NCBI GenBank assembly: GCA_041891055.1
Contig: CP169074.1
Coordinates: 1,536,001 to 1,600,000 of the forward strand
DNA: 64,000 bases
Origin: Halorutilales archaeon Cl-col2-1
GTDB taxonomy: Archaea > Halobacteriota > Halobacteria > Halobacteriales > Afararchaeaceae
Direction: 5' to 3'
The translations under genes and the position numbers were made by a program. Shown here in pieces: positions 1 to 10,568 of this stretch. Position 1 is the first letter of the stretch. Each line of letters begins with the position of its first letter. Under the pieces are notes generated by a model, which saw only the letters and a list, made by a program, of their open reading frames with translations, did not search any database and was not told where the DNA came from.

Positions 1-354
1 GGCGCTAACACACTCATCGGCGGTGTCCTCGAACCCGTAGAGGACGCCCCCGTCGTAGTCGAGGACGGCGTCTCGATAGGCGCGGGAGCACGTATAACCA
101 GCGGCTTCGTCGTCGGCGAGGACTCCGTGATAGCCGAGAACACTCTTCTCAACCCCTCGATACCCGTCTACGACCTCGTGGAGGACGAGGTAATCTACGG
201 AGAGGTTCCCGCCGAGAGACGTGTGATGCAGAGACACGTCAAGTCGTCTGTCGAAGGATTCGGAGAGGAGTTCTACAAGCCCGCCGCAGTCGCTACGTCG
301 CTCGAAGACAACACACTCGAAAAGACCGAGAAGGAAGACGCTCTCAGGGACTGA
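1..354 (+). CDS. dapD: Tetrahydrodipicolinate N-succinyltransferase, 3' part (5' truncated by the window edge)
   Basis: Frame 1 is open from base 1: GANTLIGGVLEPVEDAPVVVEDGVSIGAG. The GGVLEP motif, hexapeptide repeats and C-terminal ALRD are typical of DapD. Confidence 0.85.
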   Translation, partial: GANTLIGGVLEPVEDAPVVVEDGVSIGAGARITSGFVVGEDSVIAENTLLNPSIPVYDLVEDEVIYGEVPAERRVMQRHVKSSVEGFGEEFYKPAAVATSLEDNTLEKTEKEDALRD

Positions 355-1164
355 CTACTTCTCGATTCTCATGCTGTAGTCGAGCCAGTCGGACGAGTGT
401 ATCAGGCTCCCCATAGAGACGACGTCGACTCCCGTACCGGCGTACTCACCGACGTTCTCGGGTGTTATACCGCCCGATGCCTCTACTACGACGTCGTAAC
501 TCCCGAGTTCGTCTACGCAGTTCTCGACCTCCGACGGCGACATATTGTCGAGTAGGACGATGTCAGCACCGAGCTCGGCGGCTTCTACCGCGGTCTCGAC
601 CGTCTCGGCTTCGACCTCTATCTTCGAGGTGAAGCTCTTTGTGTCTCTCGCTCTCTCGAAGGCGGTTTCGAGTCCCTCTAACTCTATGTGGTTCTCCTTG
701 AGCATCACTGCGTCGTCTAAGCTGTACCTGTGTGGATCTCCGCCGCCGACGCGTACCGCCTTCTTCTCGAAACTCCTGTAACCCGGCGTCGTCTTACGTG
801 TCGCCGCGACGGTAACTTCGCCCGCCTTCTCGACACAGTCGGCTGTCACAGTAGCGATACCGCTCATGCTCCCGAGTATATTGAGACACGGACGTTCTCC
901 TCTGAGTAGAGACGCGGCGTCGCCCTCGGCTTCGAGGACGGTGTCGCCCTCGTCTATCTCCTCACCGTCGTCGAACCCCGTCTCGATCTCCACTCCGGAG
1001 TCTAAAAGACCCAACAGCCTCGAAGCCTCGTCTAAGCCCGCCACAACCCCGTTTTCCTTCGTCACGACTCTCGCGCGCGCGTCGCCCTCGACGACCGAGC
1101 TACTCACGTCCCGCCATCCTGTCGAGTCCTCGTCTAGGAACTCACGGAGTCTGTCGTCTAACAT
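355..1164 (-). CDS. nadC: Nicotinate-nucleotide pyrophosphorylase (quinolinate phosphoribosyltransferase)
   Basis: TRKTTPG, HRYSLDDAVMLKENH, LLDNM and EASGGI motifs. Confidence 0.95.
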   Translation of the reverse strand: MLDDRLREFLDEDSTGWRDVSSSVVEGDARARVVTKENGVVAGLDEASRLLGLLDSGVEIETGFDDGEEIDEGDTVLEAEGDAASLLRGERPCLNILGSMSGIATVTADCVEKAGEVTVAATRKTTPGYRSFEKKAVRVGGGDPHRYSLDDAVMLKENHIELEGLETAFERARDTKSFTSKIEVEAETVETAVEAAELGADIVLLDNMSPSEVENCVDELGSYDVVVEASGGITPENVGEYAGTGVDVVSMGSLIHSSDWLDYSMRIEK

Positions 1165-1177
1165 TGATTGTAATTAG

Positions 1178-2413
1178 TTATAACTCTGCTTCGGTCACGA
1201 CGTTGACATCGAGGGGCTTCTTGACGACGTGTCCTATCTCCTCTCCTGCGACGGTCTCGACTCCGTTTAGGCTAGCAGTGTCGAGTGTAGACTGTGTAAT
1301 CTCGCCGTCTACTACGAGATTCTCGACTTCGCCGTTCGTCTCGTCGAGCTTCTCGCCGAGTGCCTCCGAGTCGACCTCCTCGACCTCGTCGAACTCCGAG
1401 TCGAGGAGAAGACTCCTTCCGTCTTCCACGGCTTCCATCCTCTGTCTCAGAGGGTTCCCGGCGTCGTCGCTATCGCTACCGTTGGAGTCGGTTTCGACTT
1501 CGCCGTTAAGTCTTTCTTCCTCGGCTTCGGTTTCGACATCGACGTCTGCCGCACAGCTCTCCGACGCCGTCGCCTCAACCTCGCCCTCATCGTATTCGTC
1601 GTCTTCGACCGCGAGTTCGAGAGGAACCTTGTTCCTCAGCGACTCACGTATCTCGTCGTGTGACATGTCCTCGACACATTTACCTTCAGGTGGATGTGCG
1701 ACGTAGTCGACGTCACCGACCTGGTCGAGTTCCTTGAGTATGAGGTCGCCGCCCCTGTCGGAGTCGAGGAACGCCGTCACGGTCTTCTCCTCCGAGAGGC
1801 CGCTGATCTCGTCGGGGATATTCGTACCCTCGACGCCTATCGCGTTCTTTATGCCGTACTTGAGTAGGTTGAGTACATCGGCACGTCCCTCGACTATCAG
1901 GACGGCGTCGCTCTTCTCGACGTTGGGACCCGCGGGAAGACCCGCGTATCTCTGTATTCCTTCTGTTCTCGCTGACTTCCTGACTTCGTCTATTATCTCC
2001 TCGGTGTCTATGCCGCCCTCGTCGAAGAGCTCTGTGAGTATGTACTTCGACCTCTCGACGATCTGTTTCCTCTTCGCGGCGCGGATGTCCTCGACCATCT
2101 CAACCTCGATCTCGGCGGTACACGGACCTATCCGTTCTATCGTTTCGAGGGACGCCGCGAGTATAGCCGTCTTGACCTTGTCGAGGCTACTTCCAAGCGT
2201 AATACTGCCGTATGACTGACCGTTCTTGCTCTCTACGTTGACCTCCATCCTACTGATCTTGCTCGACCTCTGTAGGTCGCGCAGGTCTAGTTCGTCGCCC
2301 AAGAGACCCTCTGTCTGTCCGAATATCGCTCCCACGACGTCCGATCTCTCGACAACGCCGTCTGCTGTTATATTCGCGTGTATGAAGTACTTGACTGTGT
2401 CTGAGTTCTGCAT
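1178..2413 (-). CDS. dnaG: Archaeal DnaG (TOPRIM primase-like, exosome-associated)
   Basis: [29 protein letters not shown] and AFLDSDRGG motifs. Start moved to the ATG at 2413 (MQNSDTVKY). Confidence 0.95.
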   Translation of the reverse strand: MQNSDTVKYFIHANITADGVVERSDVVGAIFGQTEGLLGDELDLRDLQRSSKISRMEVNVESKNGQSYGSITLGSSLDKVKTAILAASLETIERIGPCTAEIEVEMVEDIRAAKRKQIVERSKYILTELFDEGGIDTEEIIDEVRKSARTEGIQRYAGLPAGPNVEKSDAVLIVEGRADVLNLLKYGIKNAIGVEGTNIPDEISGLSEEKTVTAFLDSDRGGDLILKELDQVGDVDYVAHPPEGKCVEDMSHDEIRESLRNKVPLELAVEDDEYDEGEVEATASESCAADVDVETEAEEERLNGEVETDSNGSDSDDAGNPLRQRMEAVEDGRSLLLDSEFDEVEEVDSEALGEKLDETNGEVENLVVDGEITQSTLDTASLNGVETVAGEEIGHVVKKPLDVNVVTEAEL

Positions 2414-2559
2414 GTTTAACCTCTTGAATGTGATTGACGTCGAACTGAGATAAGTTCTCGTCAGTACATTAAGCTTGTTACTGGAATCAGGACGACGAAG
2501 AAAAGTCGTGGTCTCGTCACCGACAGCTACACTCGACAAGACAAGATGTTACGGCACTC

Positions 2560-3009
2560 TTACTCGAACTCCTTACGGAAGCTCTTGAACTCGGCGTGGT
2601 GTGACTCCTCGTCTGTGAGAAGCTGCACGGCGAGGTCTTCGGTAACGGGGTCGTTCGCCTCGTCGGCATTCTCTATTATCGACCTGTATGTCTCTATGGC
2701 TCCCTTCTCAGCGTCTATTACGCCGTCTATCACCGACAGGACGTCGGTCGAGTCCTCGGGAGGCTGCATGGACTCCTGTCGAGCCTCGAAGTCGTACGAT
2801 GCTGGCGGACGTTCGTCTAGCTCCTTGAGACGTCTTCCTAACATCTCGGCGTGGTTTAGCTCCTCCTGAATGTCGGCGTTGAGTGACTCCTTTATCTCCT
2901 CCGCACTCACCCCGTCGAGTATTATCGAGTTGGCGAGGTAGTTCATCACGGTCTCGATCTCGTCCTCGTACGCCTTCTTGAGCAGGTCGACTACTTCCTG
3001 GTTCGTCAT
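2560..3009 (-). CDS. Ferritin-like/Dps-family di-iron protein
   Basis: Two ExxH motifs (EELNH, EESH) in a four-helix-bundle-sized protein. Confidence 0.85.
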   Translation of the reverse strand: MTNQEVVDLLKKAYEDEIETVMNYLANSIILDGVSAEEIKESLNADIQEELNHAEMLGRRLKELDERPPASYDFEARQESMQPPEDSTDVLSVIDGVIDAEKGAIETYRSIIENADEANDPVTEDLAVQLLTDEESHHAEFKSFRKEFE

Positions 3010-3139
3010 GTCACGTAGATACGCGCTACTTCCTCTTAGTACTTTGGCGCCTAACTCATCTCGCGCCGAATTCCTAAGGTTTAATTATTCTAAAGTGTCA
3101 CCTTCACACACGAACCGAATCTAAGTTCGGAGTGATCAG

Positions 3140-4342
3140 ATGGGAACAAAGGTATCAGAACTCACGGACGAGACACAGGAACTCACGACGACGAAGGTCG
3201 CGGGGGTTTCGAGCACCGACTTCGGAAAGCACGTCGACTCGTCGGCGCGAGAGCTCTTCAGCGAGGCGGCTCTCGACGCGATAGACGACGCCGGAATTAC
3301 GCCGGGTGACCTCGACGCAGTCTACTTCTCGAACTTCATAGGCGAGTTCTCGGAGCACCAGGGACATATGGGTCCTCTGATGTCGGACTACATCGGCGCG
3401 CGCGACGCCGCGTCGATACGTATAGAGAGCGCGTGTGCGTCGGCGGGGGTCGCCTTCACGCAGGCGTACAAGGCGGTCGCCGGAGGCTTCTACGACGCAG
3501 TAGTCGTCGGAGGCTCCGAGACGATGCACACACTCGGCACTGCGAAGGCTACAGACGGTCTCGCAGTCGCAGCCGACGACAAGTACGAGGTTCAGACGGG
3601 TCTGACCTTCCCCGGACTCTATGCTCTGATGGCGAGGAGACATATGGAGGAGTTCGGCACCACGAAGGAGGATCTCGCCGAGGTCGCAGTCAAGAACCAC
3701 CAGAACGCCCTCAACAATCCAATCGCCCAGTACCACCAGGAGATAGAGGTCGAAGACGTCGTCGACGCGCGTACGATAGCTACTCCGCTCGGACTCTACG
3801 ACGCGTGTCCCATAACCGACGGAGCGAGTGCCGCCGTGATAGTCAGCGAGGAGTTCGCGAAGGAGAACGACGTCGACGCCGAGGTCACTGTCGAGGCGAG
3901 CGGACACTCGAGCGATGCGATAGCACTCCAGGACAGGGCGACCATATCGCGGACTCCCGCCGCCGAGATCGCCGCAGACCAGGCGTACGAACAGGCGGGA
4001 ATAGAGCCCGACGACGTAGATGTCTGTGAGGTTCACGACTGTTTCACTATCGCGGAGATAATCGCGATAGAGTCGCTCGGCTTCTACGAGAGAGGAGAGG
4101 GCGCGAAGGGCGCGCGCGAGGGCGAGACACACGTCGACGGACGTATCCCCGTCAACACCTCGGGCGGACTCAAGGCGAAGGGACATCCCGTCGGAGCCAC
4201 CGGTGTCGCACAGGTCGTCGACATCACCAAACAGCTCGAAGGGCGCCATCCCAACCAGGTGGAAGACGCCGAGGTGGGTCTGACACACAACGCGGGTGGT
4301 AGCGTCGCGAGCGCAGCCGTACATATATTCAGGAGGGACTGA
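3140..4342 (+). CDS. Archaeal thiolase (acetyl-CoA acetyltransferase, SCP2-like)
   Basis: IESACAS catalytic Cys, EVHDCFT, GGLKAKGHPVGATG. Confidence 0.93.
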   Translation: MGTKVSELTDETQELTTTKVAGVSSTDFGKHVDSSARELFSEAALDAIDDAGITPGDLDAVYFSNFIGEFSEHQGHMGPLMSDYIGARDAASIRIESACASAGVAFTQAYKAVAGGFYDAVVVGGSETMHTLGTAKATDGLAVAADDKYEVQTGLTFPGLYALMARRHMEEFGTTKEDLAEVAVKNHQNALNNPIAQYHQEIEVEDVVDARTIATPLGLYDACPITDGASAAVIVSEEFAKENDVDAEVTVEASGHSSDAIALQDRATISRTPAAEIAADQAYEQAGIEPDDVDVCEVHDCFTIAEIIAIESLGFYERGEGAKGAREGETHVDGRIPVNTSGGLKAKGHPVGATGVAQVVDITKQLEGRHPNQVEDAEVGLTHNAGGSVASAAVHIFRRD

Positions 4343-4344
4343 GA

Positions 4345-4716
4345 ATGCCATCGTATACTGAGTTCGTCGACATGGTCGAGATGGGCGACCCGATATACCT
4401 CAAGTGCGAGGACTGCGGCGGAACGGGTCTGCCGCCGAGGAAGGCGTGTCCCGACTGCGGGTCGAGACACACCGTCGAGAAGGAGCTTCCGAAGACGGGC
4501 GAGGTCGCGACCTTCACTGAGATACATGTTCCGACGCCGATGTTCCAGGGCGACGCTCCGTTCACTGTCGTAGTCGCCGAGTTCGAGGACGTCGACCTGC
4601 GTCTCACGGGACAGCTCAGAGACTCCGACGGCGACGAGATTCAGATAGGCGACGAGGTAGAGGTCGGAGCCGAGGAACACGACGAAGTCGACCGCGTCAT
4701 AACATTCACAGCGTAG
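4345..4716 (+). CDS. DUF35 Zn-ribbon/OB-fold protein, thiolase partner
   Basis: CEDC...PPR..CPDC zinc ribbon followed by an OB fold; lies directly after the thiolase. Confidence 0.9.
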   Translation: MPSYTEFVDMVEMGDPIYLKCEDCGGTGLPPRKACPDCGSRHTVEKELPKTGEVATFTEIHVPTPMFQGDAPFTVVVAEFEDVDLRLTGQLRDSDGDEIQIGDEVEVGAEEHDEVDRVITFTA

Positions 4717-4746
4717 TCTTTTCCGTCTCGAAGACTGTCTTCTTTT

Positions 4747-5511
4747 ATGAAACTACAGAGACCTGAGCTTCTGCCAGACCCGGCTCTGTCGCGCGACGAG
4801 ATGGAGGAGTTACAGCGGAAGGTCGCCTCGGAGGCGGTCTTCGACGACTGTCTCCCTACCGATCCCGGTGAGGTCGAGGAGGGTGACGCCGTGATCGCGG
4901 GAGTCGATCAGTCGTTCCGGAGAAAAGAAGAACGAAAAGAGGAGGCTGTGAGCGCAGTCGTGGCTACGAGACGAGGCGAGGTGACAGAGAGAGTCCACGC
5001 ATCTGCTGAGACACGTACGGAGTACATACCCGGTCTCCTCTCGTTCCGTGAGGGCGAGGCGGTAGTCGAGGCTCTGAAGAAGCTCTCGGTGACCCCCGAC
5101 ATACTCCTCTTCGACGGAAGCGGACGTATACATTTCCGACAGGCAGGCATCGCGACACATATAGGCGTAGTCTTCGACGTGCCTTCGGTAGGAGTCGCCA
5201 AGAACTTACTGTGTGGAAGGGTCGTGACCCGCGACGGCGAAGACTGGGACGCGACGTCTCTGGACGAGGGAAGCCGTCTCGGTGTAGTCGCCGACTCTTC
5301 CGTCGAGGCTCCTGACGGAACCGTCATAGGCTACGCCTACCAGTCGAGGCAGTTCGAGTCGTCGAACAGACATGTCAACCCGCTTTATGTCAGCCCGGGT
5401 CACAGAGTAACTGCCGAGACTGCGGTCGACCTCGTCGAATCTACGTGTGAGGGCTACAAGCTTCCCGAGCCTACACGTATAGCCGACTCGTACGCCGATA
5501 CGGTGAAATAA
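4747..5511 (+). CDS. nfi: Endonuclease V
   Basis: AGVD, YIPGLLSFRE, FDGSGRIH, GVAK, PLYVSPGH, KLPEPTRIAD. Confidence 0.95.
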   Translation: MKLQRPELLPDPALSRDEMEELQRKVASEAVFDDCLPTDPGEVEEGDAVIAGVDQSFRRKEERKEEAVSAVVATRRGEVTERVHASAETRTEYIPGLLSFREGEAVVEALKKLSVTPDILLFDGSGRIHFRQAGIATHIGVVFDVPSVGVAKNLLCGRVVTRDGEDWDATSLDEGSRLGVVADSSVEAPDGTVIGYAYQSRQFESSNRHVNPLYVSPGHRVTAETAVDLVESTCEGYKLPEPTRIADSYADTVK

Positions 5512-5553
5512 AATAGAATAGACACGACAGACAAAGACCGGATCGAACTACAA

Positions 5554-6642
5554 CTACTCGTCTTCTGTCCCGTTCTCGTTCTCGTCTATGCAGTCGGTGA
5601 TGGGCTCGAGCATCCTCTCAGTCGTCGTGTAGGGGTCGGACTCCCTCTCGACGACCTCCTCGGCGAGCGCGTCTATACCGCCTGCCTTCTCGATCTCGTT
5701 CTCAGCGATCTTCCTCAGGTTGTCCTCTAAGAGGCTGTGTATCTCCGACGAGTACCTCTTGAACTCCCTCTCCTTCATCTCGCCCGACTCTATGAGGTAC
5801 TCCCTGTGGTCACTCACTACTCCGAGGAGATCCGTGACTCCGTCGCCTCTCTCGGCGATAGTCTTGGTGACCTCGGGCTTCCACTCGCCCTCGTAGGCGT
5901 CCTCGTCGCCTATGTCGTCGTCGTTGTTCATCGCGCTCGGACCGTGGTGACCCGTCGGGACGCCCGCTGTGGGATCCTCGCGCATCTCTATCATCCTCTT
6001 GACTTCCATCACTGTCCTGTCCGCTCCTTCGAGGTCAGCCTTGTTGACGACGAATATGTCTCCTATCTCGAGTATACCCGCCTTTATCATCTGTATGTCG
6101 TCTCCTCCTGACGGCATAAGCAGGACGAGGACGCTGTCGGCGGTACGGACGATCTCGACCTCGTTCTGACCCGCTCCGACCGTCTCGACTATTATGACGT
6201 CCTTTCCGAATGCGTCGAGAGCCTTTATGGCGTCGGTCGTCGCGCTCGAGAGTCCTCCGAGGGCACCCCTCGAACTCATCGACCTAAAGAAGACGTCCAT
6301 GTCGCCCGACCCCGCCTGGAGACGTATTCTGTCGCCTAAGAGGGAGCCTCCCGTGTAAGGCGACGACGGATCGACAGCGATCACTCCGACCGTCTTACCC
6401 TGTTCGCGGTACTCCTCGACCATCTTGTCGACGAGTGTCGACTTACCCGCTCCGGGCGATCCCGTGACTCCTATGACGTGGGCGTCTCCCGTGTGCTGGT
6501 GGAGTCTCTTTATGGCGTCTCTGTATCCCTCCCGCTGGTTCTCTATGTGGGTGATGAGACGCGCGAGAGACCTGTACTTGCCGTCTAAGACGCCGTCGAC
6601 GAGCTCGTCGAACTCTCCCTTGTCCATGGACTCTTCGCTCAT
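5554..6642 (-). CDS. meaB: Methylmalonyl-CoA mutase-associated GTPase MeaB
   Basis: GSPGAGKST, DPSSPYTGGSLLGDRIR, ETVGAGQ, NKAD. Confidence 0.95.
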   Translation of the reverse strand: MSEESMDKGEFDELVDGVLDGKYRSLARLITHIENQREGYRDAIKRLHQHTGDAHVIGVTGSPGAGKSTLVDKMVEEYREQGKTVGVIAVDPSSPYTGGSLLGDRIRLQAGSGDMDVFFRSMSSRGALGGLSSATTDAIKALDAFGKDVIIVETVGAGQNEVEIVRTADSVLVLLMPSGGDDIQMIKAGILEIGDIFVVNKADLEGADRTVMEVKRMIEMREDPTAGVPTGHHGPSAMNNDDDIGDEDAYEGEWKPEVTKTIAERGDGVTDLLGVVSDHREYLIESGEMKEREFKRYSSEIHSLLEDNLRKIAENEIEKAGGIDALAEEVVERESDPYTTTERMLEPITDCIDENENGTEDE

Positions 6643-7055
6643 CTCTCTGGTGCGTTCTCCCGGACGAACTCTATGGTATTGCTCGTGTCAGTTCCGGGAC
6701 CGAAGACGGCGTCGACGCCCTCTTCCTTGAGGTTCTTCTCGTCTTCCTCGGGTATTGTGCCTCCAACTATGACTAGAGTGTCCTCGAAGGCGTCGTACTC
6801 CTTGAGACCGTTGATGATCTTCGGAACCACTGTGTTGTGGGCTCCGCTCAGGATAGAGATACCTACGACGTCGACGTCCTCCTGAACAGCTGCCTGTATT
6901 ATCTCGTCGGGGGTGTTGTGGAGTCCCGTGTATATGACCTCGAAGCCAGCGTCACGGAACGCGCGCGCTATTACGTGTGCTCCTCTGTCGTGTCCGTCTA
7001 AGCCCGCCTTTGCGATCAAACACCGTATCTTACGGTCAGTCTGCTGTTCACTCAT
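6639..7055 (-). CDS. Methylmalonyl-CoA mutase B12-binding small subunit
   Basis: GLDGHDRG (DxHxxG) cobalamin motif; SILSGAH; overlaps meaB by 4 bp. Confidence 0.93.
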   Translation of the reverse strand: MSEQQTDRKIRCLIAKAGLDGHDRGAHVIARAFRDAGFEVIYTGLHNTPDEIIQAAVQEDVDVVGISILSGAHNTVVPKIINGLKEYDAFEDTLVIVGGTIPEEDEKNLKEEGVDAVFGPGTDTSNTIEFVRENAPER

Positions 7056-7105
7056 CGTGATCTTACTGTGAGTATTTTTGAGTCCTTCTTGAGTTTAACG
7101 AAAGA

Positions 7106-8485
7106 TTACGGGAAATTCCCGCTCATGTCGCCTCCGAACTTCTTCATCATGCGTCCGAGGTCGCCTCCACCGCCCTGCATCTGGTTGACAGTCCTCTTCA
7201 TCGTCTTGTGGTACTTGAGAAGCTCCCTCACGTCGTCCTCGCTCGTACCCGAGCCGCGCGCTATCCTCTCGATCTCCGACGAGCCTATATTACTCGGATT
7301 CTGAAGCTCGTCGTCGGTCATCGAGTCCATTATCGTCTTGTAGGCGTCCATCTTCTGCTGTGTCGTCTCGGCGAAGTCATCGGGCATCTCGTCGGTGAGA
7401 CCGCCCATACCTCCCATGCCTCCCATTCCGGGTATCATATCGAGAACCTGATCCATCGGTCCCATCTTGTTCATCGCCTCCATCTGCTTGTAGACGTCTT
7501 CGAGCGTGAGGTCGCCCTGGAGTATAGCCTCGGGATCGAGTTCCTCCTCGCCCTCTTCTTCTGACTCCGCCATCGCCTCCTCGACGCGCTCGGCGAGGGC
7601 ACGTATGTCTCCCATTCCGAGGAGACGTGATATGAAGCCGTCGGGATCGAACCTCTCTATGTCGCTCACGGTCTCTCCCGTGCCTATGAAGGCTATCGAT
7701 GAGTCGGTCTGGTTGACCGCGCTCAGAGCACCTCCACCCTTCGCAGTACCGTCGAGCTTAGTGATTACGACTCCGTCTATTCCTACAGCTTCCTCGAAAG
7801 CAGTCGCCTGATCCTTCGCTCCCTGTCCTATCGAGGCGTCGAGGACGAGTAGGTTGAGGTCGGGGTCGACGACCTCCTCTATCTCCTCTATCTCGTTTAT
7901 GAGGTTCTCCTCGAGCGAATGCCTACCCGATGTGTCGACTATAACGACGTCCCTGTTCTCGAACTCGTCGAGACCCTCGCGCGCTATCCCGACGGGATCT
8001 TCGGAGTCGGGGTCGCCGTAGAAGGGCACGTCCGCCTCGTCCGCCATCTGTTTCGACTGTTCGTAAGCACCCGGACGGAAGGTGTCGGTCTGGACTATCG
8101 CCGACTGGAGACCCTTACGTGAGAACCACTTCGCTATCTTCGCCGACGTTGTAGTCTTACCCGATCCCTGAAGACCCGACAGCATTATAACCTGGTCGTC
8201 AAGAGGCACCTCCGTCTCGTCACCTATGACCTCGACCATCTCCTCGTAGACGACGTGTAGGACGTGTTCCCTCGGACTCGTTCCGGGAGCGGGCTCCTCG
8301 TTGAGAGACCTCTCACGAACCGAGTCGCTGAGATCCATCACGAGATCGACGTCGACGTCTGCTTGGAGAAGAGCACGCTGTATGTCCTTCACGACCTCGT
8401 CGACAGCCTCCTCGTCTATGCGTGACTTACCCGCGAGCTTCTCAAGAGCGTCCTGTAGAGATGAACCCAGACTGTCAAGAACCAT
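7106..8485 (-). CDS. srp54: Signal recognition particle protein SRP54
   Basis: [25 protein letters not shown] and a Met-rich M domain. Confidence 0.97.
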   Translation of the reverse strand: MVLDSLGSSLQDALEKLAGKSRIDEEAVDEVVKDIQRALLQADVDVDLVMDLSDSVRERSLNEEPAPGTSPREHVLHVVYEEMVEVIGDETEVPLDDQVIMLSGLQGSGKTTTSAKIAKWFSRKGLQSAIVQTDTFRPGAYEQSKQMADEADVPFYGDPDSEDPVGIAREGLDEFENRDVVIVDTSGRHSLEENLINEIEEIEEVVDPDLNLLVLDASIGQGAKDQATAFEEAVGIDGVVITKLDGTAKGGGALSAVNQTDSSIAFIGTGETVSDIERFDPDGFISRLLGMGDIRALAERVEEAMAESEEEGEEELDPEAILQGDLTLEDVYKQMEAMNKMGPMDQVLDMIPGMGGMGGMGGLTDEMPDDFAETTQQKMDAYKTIMDSMTDDELQNPSNIGSSEIERIARGSGTSEDDVRELLKYHKTMKRTVNQMQGGGGDLGRMMKKFGGDMSGNFP

Positions 8486-8577
8486 TTAAGAGAAGTAGGT
8501 CTCGAAACTCTAAATGGCTTATGGTACCCCCGTATCTGGGTAAAAAGTTAAATACTTGACTTTTACTTGTTAACCGT

Positions 8578-8940
8578 ATGCGTGACCTCACGGCGTTTCA
8601 GAGGAAGATAGTCCAGGTTCTCGCCGAGGACAGTATGTACGGTCTGGCTATAAAACGCGAACTTGAGAACTACTACGGTGACGAAGTCAACCACGGACGT
8701 CTATATCCCAACCTCGACGAACTCGTCGACATCGGATACGTACGTAAGAACGAACTCGACAAGAGAACCAACGAGTACGAGCTTACCGACAGGGGGGTTG
8801 AGAAGCTCACAGAGGAGATGAGATGGGAGATCGAGAGGTACATCAGAGGCAACGGCAGCCTCGATGATATCGACTCTTTATTCCCCGACGGGGTCGAAGT
8901 CGACGCCGACGTCGAGCTCGAAACCAAAGCCCACGAGTAG
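8578..8940 (+). CDS. PadR-family transcriptional regulator (haloarchaeal type)
   Basis: DLTAFQR...YGLAIKRELE...VNHGRLYPNLD...DKRTNEY. Confidence 0.92.
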   Translation: MRDLTAFQRKIVQVLAEDSMYGLAIKRELENYYGDEVNHGRLYPNLDELVDIGYVRKNELDKRTNEYELTDRGVEKLTEEMRWEIERYIRGNGSLDDIDSLFPDGVEVDADVELETKAHE

Positions 8941-9029
8941 TCTCCGTTCTACCTCCGTGCCCCCGTGTCTGTATCTATGTCTATGTCTTTCCCCCTCCCC
9001 TTTACGTGGCTCCGGTATTTATACAGTCC

Positions 9030-10541
9030 ATGGAAGGCTCTGACTCCGACGTTCCCGTTCCGCGTGTGATGAGCACACAGCACCCCGACAACGCCACCTC
9101 GCCTTTCTTCTCAGAGGGCGACGTACTTGAGGACGAGGACGAGATACAGGAAGCCTACTACGTCTACTCACATCTCGGCTGTGACGAACAGATGTGGGAC
9201 TTCGAGGGAAAGGAAGGAGACGAGTACGCCGTCAAGAAGCTACTGTCGAGGTACGAACAGTTCTTCTCCGAGACGCGGATAGGAGACGATGTCCGTCTCA
9301 CGGTACGTGGACCCAATCCCGACGTTGAGGAGTCAGAGGCGAAGATACTCTTGGAGATACTCGAAAGCATACCCCGGTCTTACGACGCCGCCGAGACATT
9401 CTACTCCGAGAAAGGCTCTGAGATCGACGAACAGAGCCACGGTACCGCACCCATATTCGAGGTCATAATACCCATGACGACCTCCGCCGACCAGATCAAC
9501 ACAGTCCGTTCTTACTACGAGAAGTTCGTCGTCGGAAAGGAGGAAAGAGAGGTCTGGGGAGACAAGACTTTACGTGACTGGGTCGGAGAGTTCCGTCCGC
9601 GTGAGATCGACGTCATACCTCTGATAGAGGACAGACAGCATATGCTCGACGCTCACGAGATACTTCGTGAGTACGCCGCCGACAAAGATATAGAGTCCCA
9701 GCGCGTCTTCCTTGCGCGGTCAGACCCCGCTCTCAACTACGGGTCGCTCTCTGCCGTCCTCATAAACAAGGTCTCACTCCAGCGTCTCTACGACACAGCC
9801 GACGAGATAGGGGTCGACGTCCACCCCATACTCGGTGTCGGCTCCGCGCCGTTCCGGGGTAATCTCAAGCCTACCAACACCGAGACGGTTACAGAGGTCT
9901 ATCCCGAGGTGCGCACATTCACCGTACAGTCGGCGTTCAAGTACGACTACCCCGTCGAGGATGTCAGAGACGGCATTGAGACTCTACGTTCTACCCAGGT
10001 CGAGAGATCCGACCGTTTCGACGAGGACAGGGCACTCGACATAGTAGACAGGGTCGCCGACGAGTACTCGTCCCAGGTCGAGAGGATCGCGCCGGTCGTC
10101 AACCGTATGGCTAAGTACGTCCCCGACAGACGTTCGAGAAAGCTCCACGTCGGTCTCTTCGGCTACTCACGTGAGATCGGAGAGGAGTCACTCCCGCGTG
10201 CTATCAGTTACACTGCATCGCTGTACAGCATAGGATTTCCACCCGAAATGATGGGGCTGTCGGCACTCGAACCCGACGACCTCGACTTCATAGAGACTGT
10301 CTATCCGACCTTCTACGAAGATCTCAGGGATGCAGTTCGTTTCTATAACCCGAGGTCTCTCGAAGTCGTACCGATAGACGACGGGAAAGTCGAGAAAGCG
10401 CTCGAACTCGTCGATGTCGTCAGGGATAGACACCACGAGGAGGCGACAACTGAGGTCATAGAAGCCCTCGGAAGAGAGGACACCGACGCTATCAGGTCAG
10501 GTGTTCAGAGAGCGGCGTGGCAGAGGAAGTTCCTGGGATAG
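9030..10541 (+). CDS. ppcA: Archaeal phosphoenolpyruvate carboxylase
   Basis: PRVMSTQHPDN, MWDFEGK, FLARSDPALNYG, GSAPFRG, LPRAI. Start uncertain (9006 or 9030). Confidence 0.95.
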   Translation: MEGSDSDVPVPRVMSTQHPDNATSPFFSEGDVLEDEDEIQEAYYVYSHLGCDEQMWDFEGKEGDEYAVKKLLSRYEQFFSETRIGDDVRLTVRGPNPDVEESEAKILLEILESIPRSYDAAETFYSEKGSEIDEQSHGTAPIFEVIIPMTTSADQINTVRSYYEKFVVGKEEREVWGDKTLRDWVGEFRPREIDVIPLIEDRQHMLDAHEILREYAADKDIESQRVFLARSDPALNYGSLSAVLINKVSLQRLYDTADEIGVDVHPILGVGSAPFRGNLKPTNTETVTEVYPEVRTFTVQSAFKYDYPVEDVRDGIETLRSTQVERSDRFDEDRALDIVDRVADEYSSQVERIAPVVNRMAKYVPDRRSRKLHVGLFGYSREIGEESLPRAISYTASLYSIGFPPEMMGLSALEPDDLDFIETVYPTFYEDLRDAVRFYNPRSLEVVPIDDGKVEKALELVDVVRDRHHEEATTEVIEALGREDTDAIRSGVQRAAWQRKFLG

Positions 10542-10568
10542 GTAGTAGAGTGAGAAAAGAGTCTACAG

